64,000 nt of DNA. It comes from an uncultured Verrucomicrobia subdivision 3 bacterium. GTDB taxonomy: Bacteria > Verrucomicrobiota > Verrucomicrobiia > Limisphaerales > UBA11358. Positions 57,160-64,000 of this stretch are shown one piece after another (the stretch's first letter is position 1; each line of letters opens with the position of its first letter). A program made the translations under genes and the position numbers. Location of the stretch: contig CAINLR010000056.1 of NCBI GenBank assembly GCA_903850425.1, positions 1,918-65,917 of the forward strand, read 5' to 3'. Below the pieces are notes generated by a model. It had not been told where the DNA came from. It ran no database searches and saw only the letters and a program-made list of their open reading frames with translations.

Positions 57160-60100
57160 TCAGGGTGAGGTGGGGACACTGGCTGGCTGCACCAGCTTGT
57201 AACGAACCTTCACGCCGCGCGGGTTGTCGGTGAAGCCGGTGATTTGCAGGAGACCGCTTTGCCCGTCTTCGGTTTGAAAGGCGTAAAGGTAATCGTCGGT
57301 GCCCTGCCATTTCGCGTCGTGCCACGCCATGCTCGCGAACTGCGGCAGCGTCGGCCCGCCGCTGGGATTGTTTTTCTGCGGGAACGGCTGGTTGCGCAAG
57401 GGGCCGTCAAGCTGCGACGGCGTGACGGTCTCAAAGGTGACGCCCGGTGCCACGGGCACGATGACCGCCTTCATCTCAAAAGCAAACAAACCCCGCTCGG
57501 CGGCCGTGGGTGGCCCGTAGCCATGCACCAACGAAATGATGACGGGAATAGGATCACTTGGATGCCAATGCGGATTGAATGCGGAGAACCCGGTGACGTG
57601 CGCACCGTGCGCGTGTGCCCATTCCCAGATGGCGGAGAAGTTCTTTTCCCAAGTGAGGCTGGCGGGCGGCCGGAAGGTTTCGCCGGTCTTGAAATTGAGC
57701 AGCCAGTCCTTGCCGGATTCGTAATCATAGACCGTCCGCTCGAGCTCCGGGCCGAAGGAAAGCTTGGGCGTCGGGGGAAAAGTCCGACTCACCGTTGCAT
57801 GGCTGACGTCAAAGGCTTTGCTGACAGTGGCAACGGTATAATCAACGGTGCTGCCAGCAGTGACGGTGTAGTCAACCCCGACGGACGGGGCAGAAATAGG
57901 TATTGAAATCGAGGTCACCTTTGGTTCCGATTGCAAGGCTGGGTCGTTGGACGCACTTTTCACCAGCTTGTAGCGGAGCTGCACGCCGCGCGGGTTCTCG
58001 GTGAAGCCGGTGATTTGGAGAATGCCGATGCCGCCTTCACTGGTCTTGAACAAATGCGTCGCTGGCAGCCCGTTTGTCAGCGTGGTTGCCATCGTCCAAC
58101 GGGTCGTTTCCAGCTTCACCGGCACCAAGACCGCGACGACTGCCTCCGGCGATATGCTGTCCCACGCGCTTCGGTCCGCCGGAATCAAGATCGTGTTCAA
58201 TCCGATGAGTCCGCTGAAATCATTTCTGGTATTGGCCGGAACGGTTTCGGGATCGTGAACGATTTGCGCCACAACGTCCGCTCCCGATTTTTGACGCCAG
58301 TCGTAGAATTGATCCACGTTAAAAGGATCTACCGGGGGATCCAAATGCGCGAGGGAAAGCAACCGGCCCATATCCAAATCCAGGTAGCTGTCTTCGTCGT
58401 AGGGAGGTCGGGAGGATGCGACAACGGTTCGCTCCATCACCGGGCCGAAAGAAACCTTGGGCGTAACGGCAGAAGCAGCCAGTTGCGATGCCGCGGTGTT
58501 AGGTTCCAATTCAAACAGCATCGCGATGACCTGTTTGGTGCCGCCTTCAAATGACTTTTCATTCAAATCATCAAAAACGCCCAGCTTGGCCCGGTTCAGA
58601 ACTAAAGGATTGCTGCCAATATCCTCCCGTTTTTCACGTTCCGATTGGACATAAAAGCGCACTTCCGTGCCCGCGAGCGTTGGGGTCACAAAGAGCCGGT
58701 TTGTTTCGCTGCCAGATTCAGTTTTCACCAGAAACTGCATCATGCCTTCGCTGCCGCTGGCCACGACCGTTTGAGCCAAGCTGGTGCCCGAAACAGAATG
58801 TCCCGCCGCGAGCAAGGAGGCCGGCCCGGTAATTGTCGCTATGTCCATGTCGGCGGGAACCCGAAGATTCCACAACGTGACCCGCAGCAACTGTTTTTCT
58901 AAAGCCCCGCCGGCTGGCACAATGGAGGTCTCGTTTTGGACCTGCTTGCCCGAGTCGAACTCAACCATCGCATCATCCGTAAGCTTCCGCTCGATCACCG
59001 GGCCGAAGGCATCGTGCTGGCGGGTGTCCGCGTGGCCTGGTTTGAAAATTGCCAGCGGCAACGCGATCAGTGCAATGAGAATGGCTCCCACGATAGTCAG
59101 CAATGCGAAGGCACCGCGCGGATTTCCCAGATTCACCGTCCACCCAAACGCGGGAATTTGTTTCGGCACCCAGGCCCGCGAATCCGGTTTGCTGAAATAT
59201 ACCGAGAGCCATTTCGGGCCGGTCCAGTTGCGCGGATCGTTCCATTCCGCAGTGTTGATGGCGGCTTGCTCGGAGGTTGAACCGGGCGCGATGCCCGGTT
59301 CGGGAGCAGGAACGTTCGTGCTGCCCACGTTCACCGCGCGCCAGACGCGGCGGATGATGAGCCAGTCCAAGAGCAGAAGAATTCCGAGCAGCACCGCAAC
59401 AAACAGCAGGTATGACAATGGAACCGTCGGCGGGGAGGTGCGTTTCCACCCCAGGCCTGCACCCCAGAGACCAAGACCCACGGCTGCGACAATCAAACCA
59501 TCCAGCGCCAGCAGCGGGAACAGCAAGCCGTCAAACACTGCCAGCCACAGGCCGTGCAGTTTTCCCGCCGAGCGGCGGATTTGCGCGACGGCCACCCAGC
59601 CGAGAAGCGTCGTGCCAGTCGGAGCAGTCATTCCCAGCAACCAGATCAAAATCATGAGAAGCCGCGCTGGCGCAGGACTAACCGAGTCGAATGAAAGTCC
59701 ATCAGCGTTGCGCCCTGTGAGGATATTTGGAAAATGTGGAAGCAGAATGACGGTAAATATCACCCAGCACGCGCCCACGATGGCCGTGCGCGAGAAACGC
59801 GCTCCTTCATTGGTAGGAGCCGACGTGAGGAGACTTTGACTTTTGTCTTCCTTGGCGTTGGGCTTTTCAATTTGAGACTCGTCACCTCGTCTCCTACTGG
59901 CATCGGGCGTGGCCACGATGGTTTCCACCATCGTTTTCACTTCGCTGACCTGCTGGTAGCGGAGGGCGGGATTCTTTTCCAGGGCGCGCAGCACCACTTC
60001 ATCGAGGCGCACGTCAATCTGCACTTTCTTCGACGGCGCTTCGAGTTTTTTGCCGGGCAGTTCGCCGGTGAGTATTTCGTAGAACACCACGCCGAGCGAA

Positions 60101-60918
60101 TAAATGTCGGCCCGGCGGTCCACGCGCTGCGGGGCGGTCTGTTGTTCGGGCGCGCTGTAGCCGCGCGTGCCGATGGTTTGTTCGCCGGTGAGGGCGGTGG
60201 GGAGCGCCGGCCTCCGGCCCGGCTCGTTGGGGTCGCCAGTCTGAAACGTGCCGGGTCGGAGACCGGCGCTCCGCTCCGCATCCGCATCCAGCATCTTGGC
60301 AATGCCGAAGTCGGCAACTTTCACGCGGCCGGTTTTGTCCAGCAGGAGATTCTCCGGCTTGATGTCGCGGTGGATAATGCCGCGGTCGTGGGCGAATTGC
60401 AGCGCTTCACAGAGCGGCGGGACAATCGCCAGCGCCTGCTCGGGGGTGAATTTTTGCGTCCGCAAAAGCTGGCGCAGGTTTGCGCCATCCACAAATTCCA
60501 TCAGCAAAAAATAAAATCCGCCGGCCTGTCCGAAGTCATGGATGATGACAATGTTCGGATGGTTCAAGGCCGCCAGCGCCTGGGCTTCCCGCGCGAAGCG
60601 TTCAGCAAACTGGGCGTCCTGCACGCGTTCCGGCGCGAGCAGCTTGAGTGCGACGAAACGGTTCAAGGATTTTTGCCGTGCCTTATAGACCACGCCCATG
60701 CCGCCGCGCCCGAGGCATTCGAGAATTTCCAATTGCGGAAAGTGCGGAGCGATCTGCTCCGGCGGCAACGGCGGCTGCGCGGCGGTGGCGTCACCGGAAA
60801 AGGCGGTTTCCGTCTTCAGGTTCATCGCCATGACGCAGCGCGGGCAAAGCCCGTCCGGCGCGTCGGGCGGCAAGGCGGCCCCGCACTGCGGACATTTCGG
60901 CATTGGTTCGGTGTTCAT
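57160..60918 (-). CDS. Ser/Thr protein kinase with N-terminal zinc ribbon, multi-TM region and large repeat ectodomain
   Basis: CPQCGAALPPDAPDGLCPRC. Hanks kinase motifs GRGGMGVVYKA, VALK, HRDIKPEN, DFG and APE. About 6 TM helices span residues 375-625. The extracellular ~620 aa have three FGP(V/E)xER-initiated modules, two of them ending LQITGFT(E/D)NPRGV.(L/V)RYKLV. Confidence 0.9.
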   Translation of the reverse strand: MNTEPMPKCPQCGAALPPDAPDGLCPRCVMAMNLKTETAFSGDATAAQPPLPPEQIAPHFPQLEILECLGRGGMGVVYKARQKSLNRFVALKLLAPERVQDAQFAERFAREAQALAALNHPNIVIIHDFGQAGGFYFLLMEFVDGANLRQLLRTQKFTPEQALAIVPPLCEALQFAHDRGIIHRDIKPENLLLDKTGRVKVADFGIAKMLDADAERSAGLRPGTFQTGDPNEPGRRPALPTALTGEQTIGTRGYSAPEQQTAPQRVDRRADIYSLGVVFYEILTGELPGKKLEAPSKKVQIDVRLDEVVLRALEKNPALRYQQVSEVKTMVETIVATPDASRRRGDESQIEKPNAKEDKSQSLLTSAPTNEGARFSRTAIVGACWVIFTVILLPHFPNILTGRNADGLSFDSVSPAPARLLMILIWLLGMTAPTGTTLLGWVAVAQIRRSAGKLHGLWLAVFDGLLFPLLALDGLIVAAVGLGLWGAGLGWKRTSPPTVPLSYLLFVAVLLGILLLLDWLIIRRVWRAVNVGSTNVPAPEPGIAPGSTSEQAAINTAEWNDPRNWTGPKWLSVYFSKPDSRAWVPKQIPAFGWTVNLGNPRGAFALLTIVGAILIALIALPLAIFKPGHADTRQHDAFGPVIERKLTDDAMVEFDSGKQVQNETSIVPAGGALEKQLLRVTLWNLRVPADMDIATITGPASLLAAGHSVSGTSLAQTVVASGSEGMMQFLVKTESGSETNRLFVTPTLAGTEVRFYVQSEREKREDIGSNPLVLNRAKLGVFDDLNEKSFEGGTKQVIAMLFELEPNTAASQLAASAVTPKVSFGPVMERTVVASSRPPYDEDSYLDLDMGRLLSLAHLDPPVDPFNVDQFYDWRQKSGADVVAQIVHDPETVPANTRNDFSGLIGLNTILIPADRSAWDSISPEAVVAVLVPVKLETTRWTMATTLTNGLPATHLFKTSEGGIGILQITGFTENPRGVQLRYKLVKSASNDPALQSEPKVTSISIPISAPSVGVDYTVTAGSTVDYTVATVSKAFDVSHATVSRTFPPTPKLSFGPELERTVYDYESGKDWLLNFKTGETFRPPASLTWEKNFSAIWEWAHAHGAHVTGFSAFNPHWHPSDPIPVIISLVHGYGPPTAAERGLFAFEMKAVIVPVAPGVTFETVTPSQLDGPLRNQPFPQKNNPSGGPTLPQFASMAWHDAKWQGTDDYLYAFQTEDGQSGLLQITGFTDNPRGVKVRYKLVQPASVPTSP

Positions 60919-60953
60919 GCCCGTTACTTAAGAATCAGCGCAGGATTGTTACA
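60919..60953 (-). promoter_or_regulatory. candidate promoter: TGTAACAA motif 27 nt upstream of the kinase start
   Basis: The minus strand reads gcct-TGTAACAA-tcctgcgctgattcTTAAGTaacgggc-ATG. Confidence 0.3.
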
Positions 60954-60980
60954 AGGCATTTTCATTAACTAAAAACGTTT

Positions 60981-61168
60981 CAACCACAGATGGACACTGA
61001 TGGACACTGATGGGCACTGATGGGCACTGATGGAAATGTCGAAGCAAAGCACCTCACCCCAGCCCTCTCCCCATTTTGCTCCGCCGACTCCGCAAAACGC
61101 GGAGAGGGTGAAACGCTCGCGGTGTCTCTGCAAAATCTGTGTCCATCCGTGTCCATCCGTGGTTAAAA
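60981..61168. repeat. second full copy of the CCACGGATGG-type palindrome (arms ~50 and ~34 nt, ~100-nt centre)
   Basis: The left arm is CAACCACAGATGGACACTGATGGACACTGATGGGCACTGATGGGCACTGATGG (a 10-nt unit repeated four times). The reverse complement of the right arm is TTTTAACCACGGATGGACACGGATGGACACAGAT. It lies between the ECF43 stop and the kinase start. Confidence 0.65.
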
Positions 61169-61175
61169 CATTTTG

Positions 61176-61913
61176 CTATTGTCGCGCGAGTGCCGCAGCA
61201 AGGTGGCGCAATTCGGTGTCCAAATCGGCTCCCTCGGCGAGCGTCTGGGAAATTTCCTCGCGATAAATTTCCCGGAAGCGTTTCCGCAATCGGTGAACCG
61301 CCACGCGCGCCGCGCCTTCGTTCACACTAAGCTGCTTTGCGACCGCCGCATAGTCAATCGCACCCCGGTCGGCGAGCAGACAGTTTTTCAGCGCGTCGTA
61401 ATCGCCAGGCTTGCCCGCCGCCGCAAACTCGGCACGCAGCCGGGCCGTGGTGAGACTGATGAGCGTCAGCGCCCATTGCCGGTCAAATGTTTCGTCCGGG
61501 GCGAGCGACTGGGTGTCCGTGGCGAAGCGGCTCTCGGCAAAGGCGGTGTCGAATTGCGCGTGCGCCTGACCGCCGCCGCGCCGTTGCGCCGAGACGCGAT
61601 CCCATTCGTTGCTCATGAATTTTTTCAACGCGACGATGAGGAACGAACGCAATTTCCCCTTTGCGCGGTCGGCGGAATCCAGCCAGCGTTTTTCGAGCAG
61701 ACGACAGAAAAATTCCTGCGTCAAATCCTGCGCGTCGTGCGGCGATTTGCCGCAGCGCCGCACGTAGGCGTAGAGCGGATACCAGTAAGCCTGGCAGATG
61801 GTTTCCAGCGCCGCCGCCGATTCGGGGGTGGGCTGGCGCGTGGCGAGCACGACCGACCAGCGCGTGTTGGGAAACACGCGGGGCGCTTCGCTGGCTGGCG
61901 GTTCACTGCTCAT
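61176..61913 (-). CDS. ECF sigma factor, ECF43-like (kinase-associated type)
   Basis: N-terminal FPNTRWSVVLA motif, region 2 DAQDLTQEFFCRLL, and region 4 AVAKQLSVNEGAARVAVHRLRKRF. A Ser/Thr kinase gene follows directly, as recalled for ECF43/ECF-STK groups. Confidence 0.8.
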   Translation of the reverse strand: MSSEPPASEAPRVFPNTRWSVVLATRQPTPESAAALETICQAYWYPLYAYVRRCGKSPHDAQDLTQEFFCRLLEKRWLDSADRAKGKLRSFLIVALKKFMSNEWDRVSAQRRGGGQAHAQFDTAFAESRFATDTQSLAPDETFDRQWALTLISLTTARLRAEFAAAGKPGDYDALKNCLLADRGAIDYAAVAKQLSVNEGAARVAVHRLRKRFREIYREEISQTLAEGADLDTELRHLAAALARQ

Positions 61914-61961
61914 GCGGACATCATATCCAGAGCAATTAAGCGAAACGAGACGGTTGTTACA
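61914..61961 (-). promoter_or_regulatory. candidate promoter: TGTAACAA motif 40 nt upstream of the ECF43 start
   Basis: The minus strand reads gccgt-TGTAACAA-ccgtctcgtttcgcTTAATTgctctggatatgatgtccgc-ATG. Confidence 0.3.
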
Positions 61962-62055
61962 ACGGCAGAGCGATTTTCGAAAGACGAATTACGATTGACG
62001 AGTCGGCTTCGAAATTGAAGCGTCCTCGTAAATCGAACACCGAAAATCGTAAATC

Positions 62056-63270
62056 TCAGATCTGGTGGCAGAACATCGCGTCGCGGAGCTTCGGCTCGAA
62101 CCAGGTGCTCTTGGGGGGCATGATGCCGCCGGCGTCGGCGATCTGCATGAGGTCTTCGATGCTCGTCGGGAACATGCTGAACGCGCAGGCGTATTCGCCG
62201 CTGTTCACCAGCTTCTCCAGTTCCGCCGTGCCGCGGATGCCGCCGACGAAGTTGATGCGCTTGCTGGTGCGTGGATCGTCAATGCCAAACAACGGCGCGA
62301 GCACGTTTTTTTGCAGCAGCGTCACGTCGAGCTTCTCGATCGGATCATTGATCGCGGTGAGCTTGGCTTTGAAGGTGAGCGTGTGCCAGCGCTTGTTCAT
62401 GAACAAGCCGAGTTCGTGCTTGCGCGTGGGATGCGGCATGCCCATGCGGAGGACATAGAAAATTTCTTCCAACTTCTTCAGCAAATCCGGCGGGGTGAGC
62501 CCGTTCAGATCTTTCAACACGCGGTTGTAAGGCAGAATCTGCATCTGGTTGTGCGGGAAAATGACGGTGAGAAATTCGCCGCTGTGGCCCGCGCCATTAC
62601 GTGATTGGAAAACGCGCGCTGCTGCGGCGCTGCGATGATGGCCGTCGGCGATGTAGAGAAAGGGAATCGCGGCGAATTGCGCTTCGATGAAGGCAATGTC
62701 TTCCGCGCTGGCCACATTCCAGGACGTGTGGCGCACGCCGTCAGTGCCGGTGAAATCCACGGCCGGCGCTTCGGCAGTTTTCTTCGCGACGAATTCATCC
62801 ATCGCTGCGGTGGCGCGATAGGTCAGGAACACCGGACCAGTCTGCGAGTTCAACGCCTCGATGTGGCGCACGCGGTCGTCCTCCTTGTCGGGGCGGGTGA
62901 ACTCGTGTTTCTTGATGATGCCGCTCAGGTATTCGGCGCAACTCGCGGCGGCAACGAGGCCGACTTGCGCGTGGCTTCCCATGATCTGACGGTATAAATA
63001 AAACGCGGGTGCCGCATCCTGCTTGAGCGCGCCCTTGGCCACCAGGTTGGCAAAATTCTCTTTACCCTTGGCATAGACTGCCGATGAGTAGAGGTCGGTC
63101 CCGGACGGCAGATCAATTTCCGGTTTGCTGACGTGCAGAAAGCTCAACGGCTTGTCGGTCGCCATGGCGCGCGCCTCGTCTGAAGACATGACGTCGTAGG
63201 GCAGTTCACATATTTGTGCCGCCAAGGAGGTTTCCGGCCGCAGGGCGGCAAAAGGTTTTAGAGTAGCCAT
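62056..63270 (-). CDS. DUF1015 family protein
   Basis: MATLKPFAALRPETSLAAQICELPYDVMSSDEA and YIADGHHRSAAA match the DUF1015 pattern as I recall it. Confidence 0.75.
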   Translation of the reverse strand: MATLKPFAALRPETSLAAQICELPYDVMSSDEARAMATDKPLSFLHVSKPEIDLPSGTDLYSSAVYAKGKENFANLVAKGALKQDAAPAFYLYRQIMGSHAQVGLVAAASCAEYLSGIIKKHEFTRPDKEDDRVRHIEALNSQTGPVFLTYRATAAMDEFVAKKTAEAPAVDFTGTDGVRHTSWNVASAEDIAFIEAQFAAIPFLYIADGHHRSAAAARVFQSRNGAGHSGEFLTVIFPHNQMQILPYNRVLKDLNGLTPPDLLKKLEEIFYVLRMGMPHPTRKHELGLFMNKRWHTLTFKAKLTAINDPIEKLDVTLLQKNVLAPLFGIDDPRTSKRINFVGGIRGTAELEKLVNSGEYACAFSMFPTSIEDLMQIADAGGIMPPKSTWFEPKLRDAMFCHQI

Positions 63271-63415
63271 AAATGAGGCGGCAAATTTAAGCTAATGCCC
63301 GGACAACGCACGTCTAAATTTTTGCCCGCCATGAAAAGCCTTGTTTGACTGTCGTGGATGCTGGCATATTCACCCCCAGATAGAGATTTTTGATTGCTAA
63401 GATCATTTTTGATTC

Positions 63416-64000
63416 ATGGATAACATCCGCAAACTCTTGGACCAGGTGGAGGTGTTGCCGCTCTCGCCTTCGTTGCTCCCGAAATTGCTGCCGGCGTTGA
63501 GTGATGTGGATACGAACTTCGACGAAGTCGTTCGCGTCATCTCGATGGATCAATCCCTCACGGCCAAACTGCTCCAGATTTGCAACAGCGCTTTTTTCGG
63601 CCAGACCGAGCCGGTTTCCACGGTTTCTGAAGCGGTGAGCCGTGTGGGCTATCAATCGGTTTATCTGCTGGTGGCGACGATCAACGGGAGCAACTGTTTT
63701 CCCTGTCCGTCGCCCAAGGGGATTGACACGGGCAAATTGTGGCGGCACAGCATCACCACGGCGTTCAACGCCAAGTTCGTGGCCGAGTCCGCCGGTTTGG
63801 ATGGCAACCTCCTGTTTACCGCCGGGCTGTTGCATGACATTGGCAAAATGGTGTTGGCACAGGCGCAACCCCTGGCGATTGGCAATGCGTTTTACCAACC
63901 CACCAGCATCGCTTCGACCGAACGCGAGGTCGCGGTGTTTGGCTGCGGCCACGCCGAGGTCGGAGCCGCGCTGCTGGAAAAGTGGAAGCTGCCCGCGCAA
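63416..64000 (+). CDS. HDOD domain protein (N-terminal 195 aa; continues past the right edge)
   Basis: Own translation from ATG 63416 gives MDNIRKLLDQVEVLPLSPSLLPKLLPALSDVDTNFDEVVRVISMDQSLTAKLLQICNSAFFG...AGLLHDIGKMVL..GCGHAEVGAALLEKWKLP, the HDOD signature. It has no stop in the window and so is absent from the ORF track. Confidence 0.8.
   Translation, partial: MDNIRKLLDQVEVLPLSPSLLPKLLPALSDVDTNFDEVVRVISMDQSLTAKLLQICNSAFFGQTEPVSTVSEAVSRVGYQSVYLLVATINGSNCFPCPSPKGIDTGKLWRHSITTAFNAKFVAESAGLDGNLLFTAGLLHDIGKMVLAQAQPLAIGNAFYQPTSIASTEREVAVFGCGHAEVGAALLEKWKLPAQ

Noticed and set aside
58784-60972. 351-aa and 412-aa + strand ORFs
   Set aside because: They are antisense to the Ser/Thr kinase, which has complete Hanks motifs.
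60991-61033. Four tandem 10-nt units (ACTGATGGRC), considered as a possible CRISPR or microsatellite
   Set aside because: The units are far too short and have no spacers. They form one arm of the CCACGGATGG-type palindrome.
63314-64000. 228-aa minus-strand ORF at the right edge
   Set aside because: It is antisense to an HDOD-domain frame (LLHDIGK and other motifs) that I translated from ATG 63416.

Overview
This is a high-GC (about 60%) chromosomal segment. It is most likely from the PVC superphylum, probably Verrucomicrobiota. That placement is an inference from H-X9-DG prepilin-like paralogues, a PSCyt/DUF1549/DUF1553 + DUF1501 gene pair, ECF-sigma/Ser-Thr-kinase pairing and GC-rich intergenic hairpin repeats. 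All family calls come from reading motifs by eye; no searches were run.

I call about 50 protein genes. I saw no rRNA, tRNA or CRISPR array. Main content, left to right:
- A partial icd gene.
- Scattered glycan/uronate genes: sulfatase, GH92, PL22-like lyase, uxuA, ThuA and a Gfo/Idh/MocA oxidoreductase.
- A 3-gene secreted operon: Tat-signal protein, tail-collar protein and beta-propeller.
- A small cluster of a Nif11-like peptide, a sulfotransferase, a GNAT-Asp/Asn-hydroxylase fusion and an HExxH protein.
- A 10-gene translationally coupled respiratory operon: alternative complex III actABCDEF followed by cbb3-oxidase-like genes.
- asnS, gatA and gatB, with a TatT-type TRAP transporter wedged between gatA and gatB.
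- A DUF1501/PSCyt pair and a beta-helix adhesin-like protein.
- Two ECF sigma systems. One sigma is fused to a polytopic membrane sensor. The other is ECF43-like and is followed by a 1252-aa zinc-ribbon Ser/Thr kinase.
- DUF1015 and a partial HDOD gene.

The most interesting signals are:
- The CcoN homologue in the respiratory operon has lost every heme/copper histidine ligand.
- The Nif11/sulfotransferase/hydroxylase/HExxH neighbourhood could be a peptide-modification cluster.
- A TGTAACAA promoter-like motif is shared by the three sigma/kinase genes.
- A phased 21-bp dyad array lies next to an XRE regulator.
- Three secreted proteins share a C-terminal domain.
- At least four families of intergenic inverted repeats are present.

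Many long ORFs in the track are antisense shadows typical of high-GC DNA and were not called.
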